In this document: in pieces, positions 9,686 to 20,078 of the stretch
Layout of the letters: the number at the start of each line of letters is the position of its first letter
Position numbering within the stretch: the first letter of the stretch is position 1
Origin: Rickettsiales bacterium
Lineage (GTDB): Bacteria; Pseudomonadota; Alphaproteobacteria; Rickettsiales; Deianiraeaceae
Direction: 5' to 3'
NCBI GenBank assembly: GCA_016735445.1
Contig: JAERRN010000013.1
Coordinates: 1-48,998, forward strand
Length of the DNA: 48,998 bases
Notes under the pieces: model-generated
Databases searched by the model: none
The model's input: the letters and a program-made list of their open reading frames with translations, nothing else
What the model was told of the DNA's origin: nothing
Position numbers and translations under genes: made by a program

Positions 9686-10399
9686 ATGTTAGATTTAATT
9701 TTTTTCGGTATACTAGCGGTGATTTTGGTGTTCAAACTACGCTCTATTCTAGGCAAAGAAGACGCTGAACAGCCTATAAAGGGTAAAGGCAAAGTGCCTA
9801 TTGATATCACATTTGACATTATTGGTAACAGGCGCGCAAAAAAATCTGCTCAGCATAAGCATAAAGACTCCTTACCTATTAACGAGCTTATAGTTCAAAA
9901 AAATTACAGTTACAACCCTGTTAACCTACAAGTATCTAGCTTAATACTGCCTTCAGCTGTTAAGGGTTTTTCGTGCATTCGGGCACATTTTTTAGAATTA
10001 ACAGAGCTTAACTTTGTAAGGGAATTTGGTGAGTTTTTTATTCAACTATTAAATGTATATAATACTGGTAATATAGACAGTATATCGGATCTTGTATCTG
10101 TTGAAATTAGAAAAAATATGACTTCCATTGTTAAGCAGAGAAAAGAATCTGGCTTTTGTGAAAATGTGATATTAGTTAAAATATCTAGCATTGTAATAAC
10201 AAAAGCTTCTTTAGAGGATAATTTAGCTAAAATTGACGCATCTGTACAATCTGAGCAAATTCATTATGTATCTGATAAAGATGGTAATGTTTTACATGGT
10301 AACGATTCAATTGCACAACAGCTAAAAGAGGATTTTTCTTTATCTCGGTACATTGACAAAGAGAGATGGATTTTATCTAATATCAGTAATAACACTTAG
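9686..10399 (+). CDS. Tim44-like domain protein (inner-membrane anchored)
   Basis: 237 aa. N-terminal TM helix (LIFFGILAVILVFKL) followed by a C-terminal Tim44-like fold region. The position between secB and mltA is the conserved alphaproteobacterial arrangement. Confidence 0.75.
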   Translation: MLDLIFFGILAVILVFKLRSILGKEDAEQPIKGKGKVPIDITFDIIGNRRAKKSAQHKHKDSLPINELIVQKNYSYNPVNLQVSSLILPSAVKGFSCIRAHFLELTELNFVREFGEFFIQLLNVYNTGNIDSISDLVSVEIRKNMTSIVKQRKESGFCENVILVKISSIVITKASLEDNLAKIDASVQSEQIHYVSDKDGNVLHGNDSIAQQLKEDFSLSRYIDKERWILSNISNNT

Positions 10400-10514
10400 T
10401 GTCCTTACTCTGTGCATTTTTATGTCTTTTTAAGGGCGTTAAATGTTTTTATTCTAAGTGTAGTGTAAGTGTTTAGCTCTACGTTCTGTACTATTGTTTA
10501 TCTTCCGTGTTACG

Positions 10515-12047
10515 ATGTTAAATCGATTAATGAAGTTAATAAATGGTAAAATGTTTTTACCAACATTATGTATTTTCTTTTACCTTTTGTTATCTAATTT
10601 TAGCTCAAAAAACGCGCATGCAAAAGAAAATGAAAATACTTTTGAGAGTTTTGAGAAGCATAAACCAGACATAGATAACCCATACTTGTCTGATATACAA
10701 TATAAATTAATAAAAACAAATTACTCTTTCGTTGCTATTGGCGAGATAATTAAACAAAACGAAGAGTCTTCGTCAACTACCTTACAGTGTCTTGAGCAAG
10801 ATGAAAAAAATAAATCAACACAAATAAACAACAAAGATAAAGGGAATAGTAGCTATTCTCTTAACAAACTACTAGATAAAGAAGTGTACAACGAAGATGA
10901 TGAAAATGAGGTAAGTAAAGTAGATGAAAAAATAACTAACCAACAAAATAACAATGATAACAATTACCGATTAAAAAAATATAAAATCATCACTCCCAAC
11001 CTTATACTTGAGGCGTCAAGTTTTAAAATGTTGAAAGATTGGGATCGTGATAACATAAATGCAGGTTTAGAAAGTTTTTTACACACTTGTAAGGTTTTAA
11101 AAAGGTATCCTGCTAGAAAAAAGACCGTACGTACTTCTGAGCTTATTTTTGGCAGCGGGGAAGATTGGGTTACAATTTGTAATATTGCTGACAAATATTT
11201 ATCCAATAATAATGCAAGGCAATTTTTTGAAAAGTATTTTGTTCCATTTTTAGTAATAGACAGAGCAAAAAATAGCTGTGTTGGTTCTTTTACAGGTTAC
11301 CATGAGCTAAGTATTATAGGCAATTTAAGTCCAAGTGGCGAATATAAATATCCATTATATGCAAAACCAAAAGGTTGTAAAAATTCCTCTACCTGCCCTA
11401 ACAGAAGGCAAATCAACGAAGGTTCTTTAAACGGTATGGGGTTAGAATTAGGCTGGGTTAATAGCCCATTTGATTTATGGAAATTGCAGTTACAAGGTTC
11501 TGGTATTATTATTTTACCAAATGGTAATTTTTTACGAGTTAGCTTTGGTGGCACAAATAGCCATAAAAGCAAAAATGTATGGGACTATATCCATAGTAAT
11601 TTACCCACTAAAGAGTTTAATCAAAATTTAATTAGCCAGTTGCTAACAAAAAATAATGCATTAGCCAACTCTATCATCAATTATAACCCTAGTTACACTT
11701 TTTTTGAGAAAAATAATAATCGGTTTGCCATTGGCGGACATAGATCGGCTCTTGTGCCGGGTAGAAGTATAGCGGTTGATTTGCGATATATACCGTACGG
11801 TATGCCAGTGTGGATTCAAACTAGAATACCAGTTAAAAAAACATTTCAAGATGCATCGTGGTTATGGTTTAATAGACTTGTTATTGCGCAAGATACTGGC
11901 ATGTCTATAAATGGCGCAGTGCGTGCCGATATATTTTTTGGGCATGGTGACAAAGCTACATACCTAGCAAATCATACTCGTTTTAGTGGATCTTATTACA
12001 TGTTAATACCCAATAATATTGTGCAAAAAATTAAACGAAAAGAGTAA
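10515..12047 (+). CDS. mltA: Membrane-bound lytic murein transglycosylase A with a long low-complexity N-terminal linker
   Basis: MltA domain (FKMLKDWDRDNINAGLESFLHTC, LQLQGSGII) and 3D domain (GRSIAVDLRYIPYGMPVWIQT, LVIAQDTGMSINGAVRADIFFG). The track ORF opens at a TTG at 10494; the first ATG is at 10515. Confidence 0.9.
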   Translation: MLNRLMKLINGKMFLPTLCIFFYLLLSNFSSKNAHAKENENTFESFEKHKPDIDNPYLSDIQYKLIKTNYSFVAIGEIIKQNEESSSTTLQCLEQDEKNKSTQINNKDKGNSSYSLNKLLDKEVYNEDDENEVSKVDEKITNQQNNNDNNYRLKKYKIITPNLILEASSFKMLKDWDRDNINAGLESFLHTCKVLKRYPARKKTVRTSELIFGSGEDWVTICNIADKYLSNNNARQFFEKYFVPFLVIDRAKNSCVGSFTGYHELSIIGNLSPSGEYKYPLYAKPKGCKNSSTCPNRRQINEGSLNGMGLELGWVNSPFDLWKLQLQGSGIIILPNGNFLRVSFGGTNSHKSKNVWDYIHSNLPTKEFNQNLISQLLTKNNALANSIINYNPSYTFFEKNNNRFAIGGHRSALVPGRSIAVDLRYIPYGMPVWIQTRIPVKKTFQDASWLWFNRLVIAQDTGMSINGAVRADIFFGHGDKATYLANHTRFSGSYYMLIPNNIVQKIKRKE

Positions 12048-12073
12048 ATAAGGTTTAGATAGAATCTGCTAAT

Positions 12074-13060
12074 CTACTTAAGTAAGTTGGTATTTAAAAA
12101 ATTATCTAAGTAGCCATAAAAATTTATTTTAAAATCTCCTATTAGTTTTGCTTCCATCTCGTTATTATCTGTTTGTTTAACAATCACAAACATTTCACTA
12201 TTTTTTGCACCAATGCTACCTTTTGTTACAACTTTAACCATTTTACCGAATTTTATTTTGCCATTGTTAACACAATACGCAACAGAGGCGCAAGACCCGC
12301 TACCGCAACAATTTGTTACACCAACGCCCCTTTCAACGGTTGTTAATGTGATTAAATCTGAACCAAGAACATGAATATAATTACTGTTATACGTTTTATT
12401 TGGTATAGCAGATACTGGTACGGGAATAAGTTTTGCGTATGCTTCTGCTGTGGCTACTTGGCTCTGTGTTTTATTTACAATTTGTTGTTTATCGTTTTTA
12501 ATTTCAATTACATTGTGTAAATTGCCAACATTGTACATTACCATGTTTTGCACTTTTGTTATTGTTACATTGCCCATACATACCTCTACTAAGGTAGAGT
12601 TAATTTTTTTGCATATAATTAGTTTTTTTGTTTTTTTGTGTAAAACCTCTATTTCGCAGCTTGTCTCCAGTGGGTTTGTTTTAAAAAAATACCCTGCAAC
12701 CGCACGCATGCCATTGCCACAATTTGCAACAACAGAGCCGTCTTGGTTGTATATAACAACTTGTATTTTGTTACCATTTGTTGATACCAATCCAAATAGC
12801 TGGTCACATCCAACACCGTAATGTCTGTTACAAATCGCAGATACAACATTTGTATCAAGTTCTATGTTTGTGCCATCAATGCGGTTATGCTGGTTAACTT
12901 TAATTAATATAAAATCGTTACCAGATGCATTACATTTAACAAACGGAAGGAGTGTTTTTTTGTTAATGTTTACCTCATAATTGTTTTTTAAGCTATTATT
13001 TGCAAATAATTTTGCCGCAATACTTTTAGCAATATTATGACCGTTGTTTAATTTTGCCAT
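12074..13060 (-). CDS. dapF: Diaminopimelate epimerase
   Basis: 328 aa. FVKCNASGNDFILI, NQDGSVVANCGNGMR and ERGVGVTNCCGSGSCAS carry the two catalytic-Cys motifs. It is longer than typical because of internal insertions. Confidence 0.9.
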   Translation of the reverse strand: MAKLNNGHNIAKSIAAKLFANNSLKNNYEVNINKKTLLPFVKCNASGNDFILIKVNQHNRIDGTNIELDTNVVSAICNRHYGVGCDQLFGLVSTNGNKIQVVIYNQDGSVVANCGNGMRAVAGYFFKTNPLETSCEIEVLHKKTKKLIICKKINSTLVEVCMGNVTITKVQNMVMYNVGNLHNVIEIKNDKQQIVNKTQSQVATAEAYAKLIPVPVSAIPNKTYNSNYIHVLGSDLITLTTVERGVGVTNCCGSGSCASVAYCVNNGKIKFGKMVKVVTKGSIGAKNSEMFVIVKQTDNNEMEAKLIGDFKINFYGYLDNFLNTNLLK

Positions 13061-13254
13061 TTTTATAACCTATTAATACAATTAACCTGCGGTTTTGCTT
13101 ATTTTTTGCAAAATATTATTTTGCGTTGCTTGTGTTTTTACACTGTTTATATTGTGTATGAACTACAAAAATTACATAGCTAAGCAAACGGTTATTGCAA
13201 TGGGTTTAATTGTAAATTGCAAAACACTAAACAATTGCAGCATTGATAACCAAA

Positions 13255-15705
13255 TTAAGATTGGTTAATAATGTTACGCTTACCTGTTCTATCTGCTTGG
13301 CTTAAAATACCATCTTCTTCCATTTTTTCAATAAAATTTGCTGCTTTGTTGTAGCCTATCCTCATTTTACGTTGCAAATAGCTAATAGATGTTTTTTTGT
13401 CTGTTAATACTATTTCTACAGCATGCTTATACACGCTAGCGTCGTCATTGCTTTGGTAGCCTCCACTTAGGTTGTTATTGCCGCCAACAGCGCCAAAGTT
13501 GTTAAAAGCTGCACCATTATTGCCTGCAAATTCTACTTCTGATAAAATATCTACATAAGAGGTTTCGTATCTTGAGGATAGGTCTTTTACTACAGATTCG
13601 ACTTCTTGCTCTGACAAAAAGGGACCATGAATTCTTTTTGGCTTCCTTCCTGCTTCTAGGTATAACATGTCACCATTGCCAAGCAACTGTTCCGCTCCTG
13701 GTTCGCCAATAATAATTCCACTGTCGATTCTAGATGTAACTTTATAACTAATCCTTGTAGACATATTTGCTTTTATAACACCAGTGATTACATCAACAGA
13801 TGGGCGTTGCGTTGCCATAATTAGGTGTATACCTGCGGCACGCGCCATTTGTGTTATTCTTTGTATTAATCCTTCCATTTCTTTGCCGGCAACCATCATT
13901 AGGTCTGCCATTTCGTCTATAATTACAACTATATACGGTATAGTTTCGGGGTCTTCTTCTGTTTGCTCTACAATTGGTTTTCTTGTTACTGGGTCGTATC
14001 CGATTTCAACTTTGTAAATAATTTTTGCGCCTCGCATTTTTGCCGTAGCAATTTTTTGGTTATAACTGCTAATATTTCTTACCGAAAGATTAGACATTTT
14101 TTTATTACGCTTTTGCATCTCTTGCACAACCCAACGCATTGCCAAAATTGCTTGTGCTGGATCTGTTATTACTTGGGTTAATAAATGAGGTACTCCATTG
14201 TAGAGTGATAATTCCAACATTTTTGGGTCTATCATTATAAATCTACATTGGGCAGGCGACAATTTATATAGCATTGATACTATCATAGCGTTAAGTCCAA
14301 CAGACTTGCCTGAGCCAGTAGTACCAGCAACTAGTAAATGCGGCATTTTTGCTAAATCATCTACAATTGAACATCCCATAATGTCTTGCCCCAGCACTAT
14401 TGGTATACAATGTTTAGTATTGTGATGCTCTGGTGATGTCAGTATCTCTTTTAAAGAAACACTTTTTGGATTCTTATTTGGGATCTCTATCCCCATTATG
14501 CCTCTACTTGGCATATCGGCTATCCTAATAACAGATACTTGCATAGATCTGGCGATATCGCTTGCTAAACCAATAACCCTACTCGCTTTTGTACCTGCCT
14601 CTAGTTCTAATTCGTAAAGCGTAACAACTGGGCCAACATGATATTTAGATATTTTTCCACGAATACTAAAATCGTTTAACGCCTTTAATAACCTTTGTTT
14701 TTTCACTTCGTAAGTAGATGCGCTTATTATTTCACTGTCTTGTTTTATGGACATCAATAAACTAATACTTGGAGGAATGTAATCGTCTTCTTCGTTAACA
14801 ATTGATGCACCGGCAAATGTGTTAATATTGCTCCTTTTAAAACCTTCGGTTTTGTTATAACTAGAGTTATTATTTGTTGTTGGTTCTTCTACGTATTGGT
14901 AATTTACCTTTTCTATATCATGTACAATCTTATTTTCCACCTCCTGCTTTGCAGAGCTATTTAGTTTTTGGTCTTTTGGTTTTGCATTTTCCAAAAAACC
15001 CTTTAAAAAAGCCTTTATCGCGCCCCATCTCCGTAACAAAGATAACATAGAGGATATTGGACCAAGTGTTAAAATGTAAACAATAATTTTAACCACTTTA
15101 TTGTTTAAAATATGCTCTTTCTTGCCCTTTTTGCGAGATATATTTTTTACAATGCTAAATAATGTTTTATCTGATTTAACAGCTATAAATAATGAAAAAG
15201 TAAAAGTAAAAACCGATACACAAAATGCCATTATAATACCCAGCTTACTACTGATAATACCAAACAAATTGTACCCTACATACCCACCGGGAAGCATTTG
15301 CATTGTAAAATTATAAGAGCGAAAAAAACCCGCAACAACACTAAAGCTGACAACAGAAATAACCATCCAAAAAGTTTTACCTGCAAGTTGAATTTCCCCG
15401 TTTGCAAGAAAAGTTATTGACCAAGAGTATAGTATAAAAACCAATATCCAGCTACCAAAACCAAAAGATTGTAATAATATATCGGAAATAATTGCACCAT
15501 ACCTACCGCACCAGTTTGTAGTTAACTCGTTACTTACAACGTTAACGCAGTTATCTAACGGCGAGTACGAAAGTAATGATAAACACAAAAAAGTAGCACA
15601 TAGCAATATAAAAATTGCAAACCAAGAGAGCTGACTTTCGTTTGTCTTAGTTCTTTTTCTACTTACCTTTTTTTTGTATGAATTTTTATAGTTTATTTTT
15701 TGCAT
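13255..15705 (-). CDS. ftsK: DNA translocase FtsK
   Basis: 816 aa. N-terminal TM helices, a linker, a motor domain with Walker A (AGTTGSGKSVGLN) and Walker B (VVIIDEMADL), and a C-terminal winged-helix gamma domain (TSISYLQRKMRIGYNKAANFIEKME). Confidence 0.97.
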   Translation of the reverse strand: MQKINYKNSYKKKVSRKRTKTNESQLSWFAIFILLCATFLCLSLLSYSPLDNCVNVVSNELTTNWCGRYGAIISDILLQSFGFGSWILVFILYSWSITFLANGEIQLAGKTFWMVISVVSFSVVAGFFRSYNFTMQMLPGGYVGYNLFGIISSKLGIIMAFCVSVFTFTFSLFIAVKSDKTLFSIVKNISRKKGKKEHILNNKVVKIIVYILTLGPISSMLSLLRRWGAIKAFLKGFLENAKPKDQKLNSSAKQEVENKIVHDIEKVNYQYVEEPTTNNNSSYNKTEGFKRSNINTFAGASIVNEEDDYIPPSISLLMSIKQDSEIISASTYEVKKQRLLKALNDFSIRGKISKYHVGPVVTLYELELEAGTKASRVIGLASDIARSMQVSVIRIADMPSRGIMGIEIPNKNPKSVSLKEILTSPEHHNTKHCIPIVLGQDIMGCSIVDDLAKMPHLLVAGTTGSGKSVGLNAMIVSMLYKLSPAQCRFIMIDPKMLELSLYNGVPHLLTQVITDPAQAILAMRWVVQEMQKRNKKMSNLSVRNISSYNQKIATAKMRGAKIIYKVEIGYDPVTRKPIVEQTEEDPETIPYIVVIIDEMADLMMVAGKEMEGLIQRITQMARAAGIHLIMATQRPSVDVITGVIKANMSTRISYKVTSRIDSGIIIGEPGAEQLLGNGDMLYLEAGRKPKRIHGPFLSEQEVESVVKDLSSRYETSYVDILSEVEFAGNNGAAFNNFGAVGGNNNLSGGYQSNDDASVYKHAVEIVLTDKKTSISYLQRKMRIGYNKAANFIEKMEEDGILSQADRTGKRNIINQS

Positions 15706-15721
15706 TTAATGTGATAATATT

Positions 15722-16243
15722 TTACATAATTTTGTTAGGGTCGTCTAAGTGCTTACAGTTTTTGTCTAGCATAGTTGGTATTTTTAAATAAGCACCTGTC
15801 GAATCTCTACCAATAACCAATGTATTTTTGCATTCGCAACCCATGCCAATGTTGGAATATGGAGCAAAGAAATTTAACAAAGAAACTGAACCAAAAAAAA
15901 CCGCTACGCCAACGGTAAAAGATAAAAACCAACCTATAGTTAACTTGCCAAAAAATGCCCCTACGCCAACAGAAAATAGCATGTACGCTAATAATGCTCT
16001 AGCAATATCTGACTGCATTAATTTAATAAACTTACATAAAAGTTCTGCGATACCGTTATCCTCAACCAATCTTCTATTTCTGATTTCTGGTAAATTTGCA
16101 CTAATAATTTTGTCATCAGCAATTACATCTGCAAAAGATATATTTGACAAATAAGGCAAACTTACATTGCTAATTACGTTTAAAAATATTACAAGCCCTG
16201 CAATAGGCAATTTTTGACTTGATAATATATTTTTTAGACGCAT
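15722..16243 (-). CDS. TrbC/VirB2-like type IV secretion pilin with a roughly 50-aa Cys-containing C-terminal extension
   Basis: 173 aa. A signal peptide ends at ISFA/DV. The core LLCKFIKLMQSDIARALLAYMLFSVGVGAFFGKLTIGWFLSFTVGVAVFFGSVSLL aligns in pattern with the Agrobacterium VirB2 core (ICTFILGPFGQSLAVLGIVAIGISWMFGRASLGLVAGVVGGIVIMFGASFL). Its stop lies 16 bp before the ftsK start. Confidence 0.6.
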   Translation of the reverse strand: MRLKNILSSQKLPIAGLVIFLNVISNVSLPYLSNISFADVIADDKIISANLPEIRNRRLVEDNGIAELLCKFIKLMQSDIARALLAYMLFSVGVGAFFGKLTIGWFLSFTVGVAVFFGSVSLLNFFAPYSNIGMGCECKNTLVIGRDSTGAYLKIPTMLDKNCKHLDDPNKIM

Positions 16244-16316
16244 TACTTAAAAGTTAAAAAGTTAAACTTTGTTTATTTACTAATTATACTATAATAACAA
16301 TAAAAAAACAACTCTT

Positions 16317-16781
16317 ATGAGTAAAAAGCTAAATTTAAAACATCTATCAATACTTGGCAACAATGCTAAAGCTGCAAAAAACCCAAATGAAGCAAAACTG
16401 GAAGCGGTACCAAATGCAAACCAAGGAATAAATTATGTTACAAGATTTACTTGTCCAGAATTTACAAGCCTTTGCCCAGTTACAGGGCAACCTGATTTTG
16501 CTCGTATTGTAATAGATTACATACCAGACCAATATTTAGTCGAAAGTAAGTCTTTAAAATTATTTTTGCAGTCTTTTAGAAACCATAATGACTTTCATGA
16601 GTCTTGTACTATTTTTATAGCAAACAAAATTATTGACATAACAAAACCTAAGTGGCTTAGGGTTTCTGCTTATTGGTACCCAAGGGGCGGTATACCAATT
16701 GATGTGTTTTTTCAAACAGGCTCCCCACCTGACGGCGTTTGGATAGAACCAATAACAATACCGACTTTTAGCGGAAGATAG
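16317..16781 (+). CDS. queF: NADPH-dependent 7-cyano-7-deazaguanine (preQ0) reductase, type I
   Basis: 154 aa. Contains [18 protein letters not shown] (catalytic Cys) and the QueF motif [10 protein letters not shown]. Confidence 0.93.
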   Translation: MSKKLNLKHLSILGNNAKAAKNPNEAKLEAVPNANQGINYVTRFTCPEFTSLCPVTGQPDFARIVIDYIPDQYLVESKSLKLFLQSFRNHNDFHESCTIFIANKIIDITKPKWLRVSAYWYPRGGIPIDVFFQTGSPPDGVWIEPITIPTFSGR

Positions 16782-17080
16782 TAAAATATAACATACCAAA
16801 CCTATCTACAAGTATATGGTGGGTAAATATTTTTATTAATTATATATAACTTTACAAACTTAGACTTACCGTTAGGTTTGTAACCAGTAAGCGTGATAAA
16901 ATTTTAATTGTTATAGAAGTTAGGAAAATCATATTATACATTTACAGTATAGCTTTGCACAATAATTAAAATAATTGTTTTTTATACCGATGCATCTTTG
17001 CTATTATAGCGTTTGTAATGTTATTACATGCGGGCTAAAAGTTTTTCATCACCTTAAGTTGTTTAATATAGAAAATCGAC

Positions 17081-19390
17081 ATGGAAAATTCCCTAAATGA
17101 TCGGTCGAAGAATTTACCGCACAACCTAAACAACAAACAGCTAAAAGCTGTAGAAACAAATAATAGTAATATGTTAATATTAGCTGGTGCTGGCACTGGT
17201 AAAACAAAAACGGTTGTTGCTAAAATAAGCTACCTTATAAACAATAACCTTGCCACCTCGGATCAAATTATGGGTTTAACTTTTACAAACAAGGCATCAA
17301 AAGAGATGAAAAATCGATTATTTTCTGTTTGTAATATTGACAACATTTGGTTAGGTACGTTTCATTCTGTTTGCGTAAGGATGTTAAGAATGTTTGCTGA
17401 CCAAGCTGGTTTGGATAAAAATTTTATTATTGCTGACCAATCTGAAAGTTACCAAGTTATTAAAAACGTTATTAAAAATGAATTTCCACAGGCAAACCTT
17501 ACAGTTGCATATAAGGCGGTTGCAAGTGCGATATCTCAATTAAAAGAAAAAGGAATTACATACGATAGTGACTTAGTTCCTAAAACTAAAATTTACGATG
17601 TTCAGATTGACAAAGCCTACGCATCTTACCAAAAAAAATTAAAAAGATCTAACCTATTAGACTTTGATGATATCATTGTAATTACAACAAAGCTAATGCA
17701 AAATAATCCGTCCGTTGCAACAGAGGTACATAACAAATTTAAATATTTATTTGTCGACGAATATCAAGATACATCTACTGGACAAAATGCATTGATAAAG
17801 TCTTTTTGTGGAACAGATGCAATTGTCTGCTGTGTTGGTGATGAAGATCAGTCTATTTACAGCTGGAGAGGTGCAAATATAGGCAACATACTTACCTTTG
17901 ATAAATCTTTTTCACCGGCTAAAATTGTTACTTTGGAGATAAATTACCGCTCTACCAATAATATTGTTAGTTTTGCATCTAGCTTAATTAAGCAAAATAA
18001 AAACCGTTACGATAAACGAATAGAGTCTTTTATCGGAATTGGAAGTAAAGTTAAAATTACGCAATTACACAACGATAGCGCAGAAGCGAATAATGTTGCA
18101 CAAGAAATTAGAAAAATCAAACAAGCGAATGGAGTGTTAAATAATGTTGCAATTTTAGTTCGCGCGTCTTACCAAAATAAATCTTTTGAAGAAGCTTTTA
18201 ATAATTATGGAATATCTTATAGAATTGTTGATGGTGTGAAGTTTTTTGAAAGAAAAGAAGTTAAAGATTTAATCGCATATTTACGCTTTGCTTTTTCTAA
18301 TAAAGATGAGATATCTTTTGAACGAGTTGTAAATACCCCTAAAAGAGGAATAGGTGATAAAACTGTGAAAAACATTTTATCAGGCTGTGTTGATAGCGGA
18401 AATTCGCCTTTGCAGGTATTAAAAAAAATGTTATTAAACAAAGAGTTAAGAGAGTCGCAAGCAAATAAATTAGAAGAATTTGTAAAACAAATTGAGGCTT
18501 GGAGTAAAGAAATAGAATTAAATAACAGCCCTGTTAGCAAAATAGTTGAAGAAATGGCACATCAAAGTGGTTATATTCAAGGCCTTAAAGACGTAAGGGA
18601 GACAGATCCAACAGCGGATGATAGAATTAGAAATATTTATTCTTTAATATGTGATCTAAAAGAGTTTGACTCTGTTTCTGCTTTTTTAGAGTATATTACA
18701 CTTGTGAGTCAAAGGGATACTGATTCTGACGGAGACGCTGTTAACATAATGACAATACATGGGGCAAAGGGGTTAGAGTTTGAACATGTATTTTGTGTTG
18801 GTTGGGAAGAAGGTGTGTTTCCTAGTTGTAAATATGCAGAATGTAACCTTGAAAACGCTATTGAGGAAGAAAGGAGACTTGGATATGTTGCAATTACCCG
18901 TGCTAAAAATAACCTATTTATATCGTATGCAAAATCTCGCTTAACGTTTGGATCGCGTAAAGAAAATCCTCCATCTAGGTTTATTACAGAGCTGCGTAAC
19001 AACGCATCTCCTGATTCTTTTGAATCTATTTACCCTCAAGGAGAAGATAGTTATGAGGTAAAAAATAAGTTTGGTTCGTCTGTGTTTAAAAACACAAATT
19101 CTTTTAAACAGAAAGCATACAATAAATACGGCGATACATATGCTACCAACAAATTACCAAATTTTAACTACAATAATAAAACCGAGGATACATTTTCTTT
19201 TACTACCAGTAGAACATCTTCTCAATCAGACAACAATACCATGTTGTTAAAGGCTGATTCTAAAATAACGCATACCACCTTTGGGGAAGGAAAAGTTGTA
19301 AAAACGCTTGGCAATTATGCTGAAGTTATTTTTAAAAACTCTGAAGGAAGAAAATTAATACATTGTAATTTTATAAAAATTGTAAAGTAG
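17081..19390 (+). CDS. uvrD: UvrD/PcrA/Rep-type ATP-dependent DNA helicase
   Basis: 769 aa. Motif I is LAGAGTGKTKT and motif II is VDEYQDT. Also present are GDEDQSIYSWRGA, INYRS, TIHGAKGLEF and YVAITRAK, plus a C-terminal Tudor-like segment (HTTFGEGKVV...AEVIF). Confidence 0.93.
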   Translation: MENSLNDRSKNLPHNLNNKQLKAVETNNSNMLILAGAGTGKTKTVVAKISYLINNNLATSDQIMGLTFTNKASKEMKNRLFSVCNIDNIWLGTFHSVCVRMLRMFADQAGLDKNFIIADQSESYQVIKNVIKNEFPQANLTVAYKAVASAISQLKEKGITYDSDLVPKTKIYDVQIDKAYASYQKKLKRSNLLDFDDIIVITTKLMQNNPSVATEVHNKFKYLFVDEYQDTSTGQNALIKSFCGTDAIVCCVGDEDQSIYSWRGANIGNILTFDKSFSPAKIVTLEINYRSTNNIVSFASSLIKQNKNRYDKRIESFIGIGSKVKITQLHNDSAEANNVAQEIRKIKQANGVLNNVAILVRASYQNKSFEEAFNNYGISYRIVDGVKFFERKEVKDLIAYLRFAFSNKDEISFERVVNTPKRGIGDKTVKNILSGCVDSGNSPLQVLKKMLLNKELRESQANKLEEFVKQIEAWSKEIELNNSPVSKIVEEMAHQSGYIQGLKDVRETDPTADDRIRNIYSLICDLKEFDSVSAFLEYITLVSQRDTDSDGDAVNIMTIHGAKGLEFEHVFCVGWEEGVFPSCKYAECNLENAIEEERRLGYVAITRAKNNLFISYAKSRLTFGSRKENPPSRFITELRNNASPDSFESIYPQGEDSYEVKNKFGSSVFKNTNSFKQKAYNKYGDTYATNKLPNFNYNNKTEDTFSFTTSRTSSQSDNNTMLLKADSKITHTTFGEGKVVKTLGNYAEVIFKNSEGRKLIHCNFIKIVK

Positions 19391-19625
19391 TTTAGTAATT
19401 TTATAGCCAACTTTTAATTGTCGCTTACGTACTTAACAAGGCCTTGCGTTGTGCAAATATGCCATAGCTTTTTGTTGTATTTTGCTGTTTTATACTTATA
19501 ATTGGCCATATATTGTGATAAATTAGCATATTTTATAGTGGATATTTAAAGTTTTTGTTTAATAATTATTAATAATTAATATGGTAGGGTTTTTACCCTT
19601 TACTAACAAATAATTTTTATCTTAA

Positions 19626-20066
19626 GTGTTTGGAAGTGGTTTTATATACATAGCCTGTGTTGCGTTATTTTGTATAGGGTTCTATGGTCTTATAGCTTCT
19701 TTTAATATAGTAAAAAAGATGATGTCTCTTTCGATTATGCAGACATCTATTATTTTATTATATATAGCAATTGGGTATAGGGGTGCTGAGTCTGTTGCGC
19801 CGGTTTATCGCCATAGCGATGTTATATACGCTAATCCGTTGCCTCAAGTCTTAATGCTTACTGCAATTGTTGTTGGTCTTGCTATAAACGCTGTTGGTCT
19901 TGCGCTTGTAATACAGTTAAAAAAGCATTTTGGTTCTAAAAATGCAAAATCAATTGACTCCATGTGTCACTATGACAGAATTTACATTGCTGACAGCGTA
20001 AGAAAAAAGATTTCTCTCATTGGCAACAACAATACTGCGATGGATAGTAAGTTTACCAATAATTAA
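19626..20066 (+). CDS. mnhC: Mrp/Mnh-type cation:proton antiporter subunit C (NuoK-like), present without other mrp genes
   Basis: 146 aa with a GTG start. Three TM segments follow the MnhC pattern (IACVALFCIGFYGLIAS..., MSLSIMQTSIILLYIAIG, NPLPQVLMLTAIVVGLAINAVGLALV). Confidence 0.7.
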   Translation: MFGSGFIYIACVALFCIGFYGLIASFNIVKKMMSLSIMQTSIILLYIAIGYRGAESVAPVYRHSDVIYANPLPQVLMLTAIVVGLAINAVGLALVIQLKKHFGSKNAKSIDSMCHYDRIYIADSVRKKISLIGNNNTAMDSKFTNN

Positions 20067-20078
20067 TTTTATACGTTA

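Noticed and set aside
16852-16884. Hairpin ttacaaac…gtttgtaa downstream of queF as an intrinsic terminator. Similar weak AT-rich hairpins follow uvrD and gyrA.
   Set aside because: The stems are short or contain wobble pairs and mismatches, and none is followed by a T-run. They are indistinguishable from chance structure in AT-rich DNA.
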